64,000 nt of DNA. Source: Amoebophrya sp. A120 (Eukaryota > Protista > Dinoflagellata). Shown here piece after piece: positions 12,038 through 22,500 of this stretch. The stretch lies in NCBI GenBank assembly GCA_905178155.1, contig CAJINV010000002.1, forward strand, positions 11,971,102 through 12,035,101, written 5' to 3'. Both the position numbers and the translations under genes were made by a program. The notes below the pieces were generated by a model. That model was not told the DNA's origin. It ran no database searches and saw only the letters and a program-made list of their open reading frames with translations. Each line of letters starts with the position of its first letter. Positions within the stretch are counted from its first letter, which is position 1.

Positions 12038-15000
12038 ATGCATCCACACCAGAACAGCACTAGCGGAGCTGGTGGACAACCTCCTCCGGGATTCGCTCCG
12101 CCTCCGGGATACCACCAGCAAGGATTTTTGCAGGCGAACGTCGCCCGTGGCACAAACGCGATGTTGCCGCAGCAGGTTCCACCAGGAGCTCTGCAACCGG
12201 GTGGCGCTTTTCATCAAGCGGTCGGGCAATACCAGCAGCCCAGCAGCAAAACCGGCGGCGCCAAGAATAGTAAACGCCATGCAGGTGCAGGTGCTGCTGC
12301 TCGCCCTGGCGGTGCCGTACCTGCAGCTGGTGTTCCACCGCAACATCTCCCGATTGGAGCTTTCGGCGGACCGGGGGTGCCGCCTGCGCCCGGGTCCCAC
12401 CAGCAGCAGTTGTTTGCGCCGCAGCCAGGCGGCGGCGGGGCACCGGCACCTTCAGGAGCAGCTTCTTCATCTTCCAAAACTGCAACTAACGGACAAAATA
12501 AAGTGAACGCAAGCCCGCCGATGCCCCCACCGCCACGTTTTGTGCATCACCAGTGGCAGCTACTGCACGACCCGCATGTGAAAGACTGCGCGCAGTACTT
12601 GAGCCAGTACCACGGCTACAAGGTCACGCCCCCCGAGCCGCGAGACAGTGAGCACATGAGCCGCTTGTCCCCCCGCCTCGAGGGGTACGAGAAGTTGATG
12701 GCTATGATTCATGGGGAGCAGCCACCCCCCGGCGTGCAGCTGTTCTCCTCGTCCTCCAGTAGTGGCGCTTTGCTGGAGAAAAACCTAGACACCGGCGACG
12801 GCAGCTTCGTGAACTACAGCCCCAATGACGATTGCGCCTACCAGCTAAAAGAGGAGCTGCTGCTGCTCTGCGCACCGATTTACGCGCACCTGCTGATCGA
12901 GTGGAAAGACCGCCATCCGCACTACTTGTACAGCGAGTTTGTGCAATTGTCGCACATGCAACTACTGCAACGAAATGCGAATATGGCTTCGGGTGGAGCA
13001 TCGAATAGGAGGCATATGAAGGGCGGGGCTGCGGGACTGAACAGCGTTTATCCGCTGGATCCCGCGCAGCGCGAGACTTTCGCGCGAGCTTACGCCACGA
13101 AGTACGCGAACTTTGCGACAAATCTGCCCCAGAAAACTACGGATCGCAAAGACGATCTTTCACGATCGGAAGCAGAGGCAGCAGTCGGGGGCCCGGCCGA
13201 GCCCGATGATGCCATGGACATCGACGACGGCGACATGATGGCAGGTGTAGCAGAGGAGGACATAAAAGGGGGTGAGCAAGCCAAAAGTTCCGCAAGTGGG
13301 GAAAGGCTTGCACGTCCTTCTAGAAAGCGTCGAACTTTCGACGAAGAAAGGGCCACGACATCCTCGGCGCAGCTCGTAAACAATGAAGTCGACGCGGAGC
13401 GCACCCCCCTTGTTGACCTGGATGTTGGCAGAAGCACGGGAGGGGACCAGGTGTCGTTCGTGGCGAAAGAAGCGTGGTGGCGGTCGATCTACGAACGGGA
13501 GGAACGGGTGGACATCCGCGTGTCCTCGCTCGCCTACAACGTCTGGCGCAGCAAAATGCGCCGGTTTCCCTGGCTGATGGATATTTTTGTGCAGCGGGTG
13601 AATCTCACGATCGACACGTCCTGGGAGGAGGTGCCGACCTTTGGGGTCAAGCAGACGCTGGCGGCGCGCAGCTTCCTCCGGTCTGTGTCGGAACTAGCAG
13701 TGCAGCGCGCGAAACTGCTGGTGAATACGTACGCGGATCTTCACTTGCAAATCAAGATGGGTGCGCGGAACCACGTTTTCCACATGAAGCTTTCCAAGAA
13801 GATGCTTGCAGCCGAGGCGGGCGGTTACAGCGCTTTTGCGGCGGTCACTGGCGCGCAGCCGGCAAGAGATCATGGAACCAATCCTGGCGGGCCGCCTCTC
13901 GCCACCGGCATTGCAGGGCATCAACAGGGCGGTGGTTTTTTGGATCAGGACGAAAATAACGACAGGCAGGAGACAGCGTCCTCCGTTGCTGCAGGGAACG
14001 CAACATCTAACTCGAACGTCAGTGGCACTCGTGGGCCGGACAAGAAGCGACAGCGAAAAGCCGCTGCGGCGGCAGAAGCGTTGCTGAAAACCCAACAGGA
14101 GGCACAGCAGGATATGATGATGCAACAGCAAGAGCAACTGAACCAGGACGGGGAACAGCGGGAGAAGCAAACTGCAGGCGCGGGGCCGGGGGTGGATCTC
14201 CACAAGCTCGCTGCAAACGCAAACATCGGCGTCCCTACCGCACCGCCGGAAAAGCAGCCAATTTGGTCGAGCGAGAGTTTCCGCAAGAAGTGCAGCCTGA
14301 ATCTTCCCTCGGCAAAACGCACAAAGAATTCGCATTTTCTGCCGCCAACGTACTGGAACCGGGTGTACAGGAGCTACCGCTACGCGTACAATGACACGCC
14401 GCAGCGAATCGAAAACGCGTCCAACACAGCAGCATTGCTCTTCAAGAATCCGACGCCGAGCAGTAGCAGTACCGGTGCGGCAGCGGGACATCTGCCAGGT
14501 GGTGTGGCAAGAACAGCCTTTGCCCCTGAAGGAGGACAACCGCCCCCGCGCACAGCTGCTGGGCCTTCGCATCTCGGCGGTCGACCTATGGTCGCACGGA
14601 CCGTGCGCCTGCTGCCGCAGCTGTGGAGCCAAATTTCGTGCATGACCATGACCAGGGACTCCGTTGTCTTTGCAGGTACTGACGACGGTGTGTTCGGCTG
14701 GTGCGCCGGGTCGAGAAGCCAGAAGCTGTACAGCGACCCGGACTACGCGCTGGCTCAGGGCTGCACCACCTTTGCGGTGCAGTGCTGCCGGTCTTTTAGT
14801 GCCGGGCCCGACATGGACGACCTGCTTTTGGCCGGGTGCGCGGATGGCGTGCGATTGTGGAAAATCCCAACCAATGCGGGTGCGGCAAGTGGACTACCCG
14901 CATTCGGAATGCGAGGTAACAAGGGAACCCTTGGACATCATCAGCAAGCAGGCCTTGTTCCTTCCTCTGCGGCGGGAACAATATCGACGCCAGCGGAGCC

Positions 15001-15913
15001 TTCTGCCGCAGCTGGTGCTCCCCCGATTTCGAATGCCGGGCCGTTGTCCGGCGGTGCCACACGGGGCAGCGTGGCGCCCCAAGTCGAACTTTTGTCGCAC
15101 GCGAGCTACCGGAAAACCTGCTGGTGCGTGGATGCGGCCTGGTATGGAAATTACTTCGTTTCCGGGCACCGCGGCGTCGCGTTTCTGTGGGATATGGAGG
15201 TGCAGACGGACCTCCACGCCTGCCGCATCGTTGGAGACGACATCGACGACATGGGGAGCATGCTTCCCGCACAGTTTGCCGGTACGCAGCCGCAGAACCT
15301 GCAGCAGCGGGGGCTCTCCGCCGACGTCTTTCCGGCCTCGCTGAAAATGGCGAGCGCCCCAGGGGGTAAAAGTAGTTTTTTCAACAACGGCGCTGCTGAT
15401 GGGCTCTCCTCGAACAGAACCGCATCGGGCAAAAATCCTACCTGTTTGGACTTCCACTGCGTGAAGTTCCACCCGACAACTGAGTTTTTCGCTGCCGGCG
15501 TCGGGTCCCGGGCGCTTCACTTGTACGACCTCGGCCGAAGCGGCCGGTTGGTCCGCGCAATCCCGACACCGGACCTGGTTGCAAAGCTCGCTTTCAGCAT
15601 GGACGGGCTGCATTGTTACACGGCCATGCGTAACGGGAGCGTATGCGTGTACGACCTGCGCCAAGGCTTGTTGCTCGCCACCCGTGCGAATGTGATGTCG
15701 GAAATCTATTCGCTCGAAAGCTTCGGCATGCCCCGCAACGTGCTCGGCGTGGGCGGGAGCGACGGGTTTTGTTATCTGGATCTCGAAAACGCAGATCGGA
15801 CGACGCATGCCTACGACTTCTTTCCAAACGCGGATCGAGACAATGTCGTGCTCGAGGCGAGGTTTGACTTTTTTCTCGACGGAATCACGCTTGCATGCGC
15901 GCAAGTGCAGTGA
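12038..15913 (+). CDS. TAF5: Divergent TAF5-like WD40 protein (TFIID subunit 5 family)
   Basis: Intronless 1291-aa ORF. It has a LisH-like CAQYLSQYHGY, NTD2-like ELLLLCAPIYAHLLIEW and IRVSSLAYNVW...LMDIFVQRVNLTI, and WD40 blades in TAF5 order (CWCVDAAWYGNYFVSG..VAFLWD, DFHCVKFHPTTEFFAAG..LHLYD, VAKLAFSMDG..GSVCVYDL). Confidence 0.65.
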   Translation: MHPHQNSTSGAGGQPPPGFAPPPGYHQQGFLQANVARGTNAMLPQQVPPGALQPGGAFHQAVGQYQQPSSKTGGAKNSKRHAGAGAAARPGGAVPAAGVPPQHLPIGAFGGPGVPPAPGSHQQQLFAPQPGGGGAPAPSGAASSSSKTATNGQNKVNASPPMPPPPRFVHHQWQLLHDPHVKDCAQYLSQYHGYKVTPPEPRDSEHMSRLSPRLEGYEKLMAMIHGEQPPPGVQLFSSSSSSGALLEKNLDTGDGSFVNYSPNDDCAYQLKEELLLLCAPIYAHLLIEWKDRHPHYLYSEFVQLSHMQLLQRNANMASGGASNRRHMKGGAAGLNSVYPLDPAQRETFARAYATKYANFATNLPQKTTDRKDDLSRSEAEAAVGGPAEPDDAMDIDDGDMMAGVAEEDIKGGEQAKSSASGERLARPSRKRRTFDEERATTSSAQLVNNEVDAERTPLVDLDVGRSTGGDQVSFVAKEAWWRSIYEREERVDIRVSSLAYNVWRSKMRRFPWLMDIFVQRVNLTIDTSWEEVPTFGVKQTLAARSFLRSVSELAVQRAKLLVNTYADLHLQIKMGARNHVFHMKLSKKMLAAEAGGYSAFAAVTGAQPARDHGTNPGGPPLATGIAGHQQGGGFLDQDENNDRQETASSVAAGNATSNSNVSGTRGPDKKRQRKAAAAAEALLKTQQEAQQDMMMQQQEQLNQDGEQREKQTAGAGPGVDLHKLAANANIGVPTAPPEKQPIWSSESFRKKCSLNLPSAKRTKNSHFLPPTYWNRVYRSYRYAYNDTPQRIENASNTAALLFKNPTPSSSSTGAAAGHLPGGVARTAFAPEGGQPPPRTAAGPSHLGGRPMVARTVRLLPQLWSQISCMTMTRDSVVFAGTDDGVFGWCAGSRSQKLYSDPDYALAQGCTTFAVQCCRSFSAGPDMDDLLLAGCADGVRLWKIPTNAGAASGLPAFGMRGNKGTLGHHQQAGLVPSSAAGTISTPAEPSAAAGAPPISNAGPLSGGATRGSVAPQVELLSHASYRKTCWCVDAAWYGNYFVSGHRGVAFLWDMEVQTDLHACRIVGDDIDDMGSMLPAQFAGTQPQNLQQRGLSADVFPASLKMASAPGGKSSFFNNGAADGLSSNRTASGKNPTCLDFHCVKFHPTTEFFAAGVGSRALHLYDLGRSGRLVRAIPTPDLVAKLAFSMDGLHCYTAMRNGSVCVYDLRQGLLLATRANVMSEIYSLESFGMPRNVLGVGGSDGFCYLDLENADRTTHAYDFFPNADRDNVVLEARFDFFLDGITLACAQVQ

Positions 15914-16597
15914 TGTAACCTCATCATTCATCGAGACACGCGACATTTAATGACTACTCGTATTAAAGTCAAATAATAGCAATAGCTACCGTCCAGCAAT
16001 GCGATGTACTTAATTGTAAAAACCAACGCCAAGCGCAAGCGCAATAACAAGCCGAACAAAGACAAACACAAATCGCCTAAGGCCATAATCCTTCCTTGGA
16101 ACCTGCTCTTTTTCTGAAAGGAACTCACCATCTTTACATTGCGATGATCTTTTTTCTCGGGTGTTCACTTTTTTTTTGTTGTTTACATTATTCAAGTGGA
16201 TGATTTGAAGGAAAAAAAAACAAATGAAAACAGAAACAGCAGAACAGTTTTTGCTTTTCGACGTGCTAGAAACCAAAGAAAACGATCCACTTATCCGCTT
16301 TGTTTTTTCTGTGGATCCTCACATAATGTCCTTTCGATGAGGCACCAGCGGATCCGCACAAGGAGCTTCCGCGTCAAAGACGTACATCTTCTTTCTCGCT
16401 TTCATTCCTTTGAGGACGACTCAAACTGGTGTTTTCACGAGCACTTCTTTGACTTTCTCTGCCTGTAACATTCATTCTGCTTCTTGCTTTCTTCCGCTGT
16501 TACGACATTCTGAAGCAGATATCTACTTGTCACATCACCACATCTGAAGTATCGCGAAAGCGCATAAAAATCAAAGAACGATGAAGACGAGAACAAC

Positions 16598-18157
16598 ATG
16601 AAACTTTTATGCTTTCTCGGGCCGCCCGCATCCGGTAAAGGCAGTTACACGAAGCTTGTGCTCGAAACCCTCAAAAGGGTCGCGGCAAGGAGAGACCCTA
16701 CCTCGCAGTGGCACCACAGCGGGGCAGCGGAGCACGTTTTGGCGAAAGATGCAGAAGGCCAAGTTCTTAAGTCGAGCGGTTTCCAACATCATCCAAGCGC
16801 GAGGCTTTACAGGCACCATAATCTTCCTGTCCAACACTTCGAAAAGGTTGTCGCCTCGGACCTTATCAAGAAGGAGATGCGTGAGCAAACGGTCTTTGGC
16901 AAAGAGATGCAACCCTACATGGAACGCCACGAGCACGTATCAAATGTAAAAATGTCTGGGTCTGGAAGATTTCTAGGTTTGTCATGCATATTTTCCATGA
17001 CCCATGATGTCTGTGATGCATGCCGCAGCATCACAGATTTTTAGAGCGCTTTGTGATGCCTCCACAGCATCAGAAATGACCTCTCCGCGTAGCACAAACT
17101 GGAGTCCTCTTGCTGGTCATGCAATACAAATTTTCTCAGAATCCAGAGACAGCAGCACAAGTTGCAATCTTCCAGACCCAGACATTTTTGCATTTGATAG
17201 CACGTTCCCAGTGAGCTGATGGTGGAGACGCTGTGTGCGCACCTCGAAGAAATGGCCGCGCAGAGGAGAGGAGGTTCTTCACTTGAGAAAGATAAAAGTG
17301 TCATCAACCACCTCAACGTTTTGCTCGACGGTTTTCCTAGATCTGTGGACCAGGCAGAAGCGTTTCTAGCCAAGACGAAGAGGAGGCGACGGCTTGTTTC
17401 CGATCAGGAATTAGACGGAGAGATGGACGCCAACCCGCGTGGGGAATCTCGTCTTTCCCTTCGTTTTCTGCATCTCGATCTGAAGCGCGAGTGGGCCCGG
17501 GCAAAGGCGGTTGGGCGACTGGTCTGTCCGGATTGCGATTTTCCGTACAACGACGCAGAGGTACGATTGGACGCAGTAGATACAGCGAGTCAACAAAATC
17601 TTGCTCGCGCGCTTGAAGAGGACATTTATGATTATGACACTCCCTACACTGACACGCGAGAAGAAAAAGCAAGAAAGCGGGACAAGCAAGAAGAACGGCG
17701 CGTGTGGTCTGCCGACTTGCCGCCGGAACCCAAATGTGGGCGGAAACCTGGATGCGGCTACCCAAACAGCCTGATCCGTCGTGACAGTGCGGAGGTGTTT
17801 GACCACCGGTATGAAATCTATCTGAAAACCGAATTTCCGGTGGTGGAGTACTTCACCACGATGGCTGAGGCAGAGAAGCAGGAACTTGTAAATCGAAGCC
17901 GCAGAAAAATAGGAGCAGATGCAACAGATTTGAAAAATATGACCTCTACTGAGAATTGTCGTGATAGTAGCACTAGCACGAAAATCTCTTCCGTGAAAAT
18001 GACCGGCGGGTATCGGACGATGTGTGATGCGATTGTGAAAGAGGTGATGCATCTGCTTGATCTCGACCGTGACGAAAGTTGTAGCAACGAAACGGTTTAT
18101 CCTCTGGAAGAAGTGCAGAAAGAAGCCCATCTTGTGCTTGACGAGTGGGAGCAATAG
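16598..18157 (+). CDS. ADK: Adenylate kinase family protein (exons 16598-16937, 17205-18157; 430 aa)
   Basis: P-loop GPPASGKGS. The NMP-binding region SDLIKKEM...MERHEHV|PSELMV is restored across the introner, followed by LLDGFPRSVDQAE and a LID starting GRLVCPDC. Confidence 0.88.
16938..17199. mobile_element. Introner family A (262 bp) in ADK
   Basis: TIR TATCAAATG(T/C)AAAAATGTCTGGGTCTGGAAGATT; direct repeat GCACG/GCACG; removal restores the frame. Confidence 0.92.
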
Positions 18158-19548
18158 CATAATTCAGCAGTATTAGCAGCCTATGTAGCAAATAAGTAGT
18201 TGTAGATATGTATGTTTTGTATAATTCACCACATGATCTTAGTTAGTTGTTGTGTATAAAGATGTGCTGTTCATATCGTCCTCTCCGTCCTCGTGCGCCA
18301 GACGTGATGAAGACCAAAGAACACCATCGCCACCATGCGCCACAGGGGCAAGAGCAAAGATTCTTCATATCTCGGAAAACAGGATGTTAGCATCATTTAT
18401 GAGATTCAGTCGGTTTTTCATTGCTACTACCTCGCATGGCAAGTCGGTTTTGCTTTATTGCTCACATTAAAAAAAAAAAGTCGGTGCCCTCGACTCCTGC
18501 GACGCTGCAGGACAACTACCTCTACAAAACTTTTTCGGTTGGACCTCATTGGTTGAAAACCAAAAATTACGAAGATCTTCAATAGCCTCGCAAAGTCGGT
18601 TGTGGTTCTGGGAAAGCTGCAGCTCCGCGATGTCAAGCCTTTCGGATTTTAAAATTAGACCGAGATGGAGGTCGGTCGCGTCAAAGAAATGCTCGATCTG
18701 TGCTGTGAAATCCAAGATCTAACACAATAACAATTCTTTTTTGCAAAAATTCAAATGCCTAAAAGTAAAGCTTTTGCAAGACGAGGAGTATTTGTATTTC
18801 AATACAAACGAAACCAAAAAATCCATTCTAAATTACGATGACCATCTTGATCTTCGCCGAAATTCTTTGTAATGATTGCAAACAGGTTGTGGAGAGCGAA
18901 TTTTAGCCTGTAGTTTTGACGACTTTACCACTTCCTACTCCAAGCTCGTCCAGCAAGAGACCGTCAAAAGTTAAATTTTTTCGATATTTTTTACTTCGGC
19001 ACATTCATAGCTATGCGTAGGGAAGTAACGTCGTAGGCCACTTGGAGCACGAGCAATCAGTACAGCACCGGGTTTGCCGCGGTCTGTACGCTCAAAGTTT
19101 CCTTTTAGTCAGAGTAAACGTTGTTTGCGGGCTGAGGTTGATAGTTATTCAGAGTTTGAACCCCTAAGCGCCCCGACCTCAAACAATAACGTTTTTCACG
19201 GCTCCTGGTACTTACAGCAATTTACCGATAGCCGCGGCGTGTTTGTGTTTTAGCGTGAAACGATATACAGCAACCTTCAACAAACCTCCAATAATCATCT
19301 TCTTACACTTACTCTGATTTAAATCCTTGAATACTCTCGATTAGAAATCGCGGAGAATAATAAAAACAAAGAGTCGATCCAGCAGCCGTAATTATTTTTA
19401 ATCTCCGGGCCAGCAGACGAATTTGAGAAGACAGCAGGGCGGATTGACGACCGCCCGATCCCGGAGGAAGATCGACGACTTCGCTGCTGTAGCAGGGACG
19501 TGGTTGAAGTACTAGAGCCTTAAAAGTCATCTCCTCGTTCCGCCCAAG

Positions 19549-22500
19549 ATGTCGGTGATGGATTTCCGAGACGAGGTGATCCAGCTGACTCCGTCAGGCG
19601 TGAAGTACAAGGTGTGCGGCAGGCTAGGGCGCGGCGGCAGTGCAGACGTGTTTAAGGTGCAATGCTTGTACATCCCAGACGCGTTTAAGCAGACCCAGGC
19701 GCAGCGCGTGCAGGTGTTGGAGGAGCAGCTGCTGTCGAACGCCGGAAAACTGACCTACCTCACCCCGCCCTCGGGCGCCGGCTCCAGCACGGTCTCCGGC
19801 GGCAGCACCAGCGCCACCGGGGGGGCGCAGAAGCCGCAGCAGATGCAAACCCTAGGGATGGCCACGAGCAGCTCCAGCAGCTCGATGCAGCCGCCCATCC
19901 TGCCTGCGGTATCCTTGATAGCCAACGACAAGCACCCCGAGCTGTCGGGGACGGGCAGAAATCAGATCGTGAAGCGCAGGCTCTCCGACCTGGTGGAGGA
20001 GGGCAACGAGGACTACAACAACGTTTTCGACGAGAACGACAATCCGAGCGGGTCCGACCTCAACACGGCCGCCGCCTTGCAAGCCCTGCGCGGCAGTGCG
20101 GAGGGCCGGGAAGGCTCGGCGCGGAGAAACAGCACTCGGTCGTCTGCGGCCGAGATGGAACAAAATAGTACAAGTAGCGGCACGGGCGGGGCGGGCAGCG
20201 GTTCCGGGGGTGCGCCCGGGAGTGGCGGCCATCCGAGGTCGCGGTCCGGCGAAGTCGTGCAGTACAGCACATATCAAACAAAAAAAGTTCGTCACGATCA
20301 CTCATGCGCATTTTTGCAATGCAAAACTCTCCGTCATGCGTAAAAATGCATCACAGCCAAACTTCATAAGGGATTTCCCTAGTGTTTCTGCAATACAAAG
20401 AAAAGCTGTCGTGATGCTGAAAAAATTTGTAATGCAAAACCTGCAAGGTAGTGACTGTGACAAACTTTTTTCTCTCCATAGCACGCCCGGATCCTACAGT
20501 GGACTCAACCAGGTGGGCGAGGAAGTGGTGTCTATCAAAAGGAAAAATCCCCCCTCCCCACATCAAAACGAAATTTCTGATGCTGGATTTGAGTACACAA
20601 ATCAGGTTTGTATTGCAGGAAAGCATTGCAGTCAGGTCCCCAGGCTAGGTAGGGGCGTATGCGTTTAGTTGTTCAGCATGGCAAGCAGCTCCCTTCTAGG
20701 CCCAAGAGCATGACAAATCGCTTCCATAGTGGGGCGGAAGCTTCTGCCCTTGTCTTCTTGCAATACAAATGCGATTTTCGACCTCAAATCACCTCCAGGG
20801 CTACGTGCGACCCCTCCGACGCTGCGTGTGGAAGGAGGAAGTTCGGCGTGTCGGGTGAGGGACCCCCGACGGCTGGCCTACGGATATCAGGTGGATCACA
20901 GGCTCAAATCAGCAACACAAATTTTCGGAAACATACCTTTTCGATATGGGGAGGGGGGATTTTTGCTTTTGATAGTCTCCAACCCGAGGTCGCGGTCCAA
21001 CTCCCCGGATGCGCGCCCGCGACAACCGGCCGAGGCACAGACGATCCAGAGCGCGGAGGGGATTGCGACGCCGGACTGGTACCAGGCACCCGGAAGCAAC
21101 GCGCAGTCTCTGGCCCCAAACGCCATAGCAGGCAGTATTAACGTGGCAACATCGCTCGCACCCGGGTCGGGCCCGGGCAGCGGCATGAACAAGACAAATT
21201 CAAACAGCGACGCCGGGACGCAGAAAGAGGGCAGCGTGCACCCGGCTATCTACGACCCGCATTTGTTGGAGAACTACCAGATTCCGATGTTGGAGGAGGG
21301 CAAGTTTTACGCGTTGAAGTCCGTGATGGCCCACAATGCAGCGGAGTTCCAGGTCTTCCTGCGGGAGGTGGACCTGTTGCAGAAGCTGGCGGGGAACCCC
21401 TACGTCATCCACTTACTCGATGTCACCGTGTTGGAACAGGATAGACAGGTAGTGAGTCAGGCTTATTATGTAAAAACTGAATTGTGCGAGAACAAGTGCG
21501 CGCAAGGGGTGAAAATTGTATGCTTGATGAAGATTTTGTACGCAAACAAATCAAAAATGACTTGAAAACGAATTGAATCTGAAGTCTTCCAAAATTACAA
21601 CAGCTCTTCTTGGTACTCGAGCTTGCAGACACAGATTTCGGGCGGTATCTGACCCTGAACCATAATCTGACCGCGCAACAAATATTGGACTTCTGGGTGC
21701 AGATGGTGATCGCCGTCAGAACAATGCACCGAGACCACGACGTCATCCATTTTGACTTGAAGCCAGCGAATTTTTTGATGGTACAATTTTGAATGTCAAT
21801 GTCTACGGTCTTCTTTATTGAGAATGTGTCAAAGCGAATCCGATTAATCATTAGCAATACAGGGCAATGTGCGTTTTCTCGCACACAGTGTGCGTTTTCT
21901 CGCACATCAGTAGCAAAGAAAAGTAGCACATAAAACGAAAACTTCTCATAATTGGTCACCACAGGTAAATGGGCGGCTCAAGCTGGCGGATTTCGGTCTT
22001 GCGCGGCAGCTGGGCGACGAGGCCACGCACGTCTCTAGGACAAACCGCGCGGGCACACTGAAATACATGGCCCCTGAGTGTATCTATCAGCCGCACGCGC
22101 AGAAGTTGCGACTGGGCAAGGAGTCGGACGTATGGTCTCTGGGGATTATCCTGTGTCGAATGATTTACAACACAACACCGCACGCACACTTGCAGGACAA
22201 CCACACAAGAATGCTCATCGCCATTTCCGACACCAGAACAAAGATCAATCTGGTGGACTGCCCACGACTTTACCTTAGGGACGACGGAGTGACGGACCAG
22301 AATATGCGAGAGGTATAATGTCCGTGTTTGCTTTCACCAGACCAACGGCAACGAACTCAAACTATTCATTGTAGTGATGAAAATAACAAGGTCTTGTTCA
22401 TTTTCTGCAGTTGAAGTTGTATACAACCAGGATACTTGTTTGGCTGTGCAAAATACCCTAGCAAACCGCATTTTGTTTGCACATGATTTTTTGTATGCCT

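Noticed and set aside
21868-21906. TGTGCGTTTTCTCGCACA repeated twice in a kinase intron
   Set aside because: It is a simple local slippage duplication.
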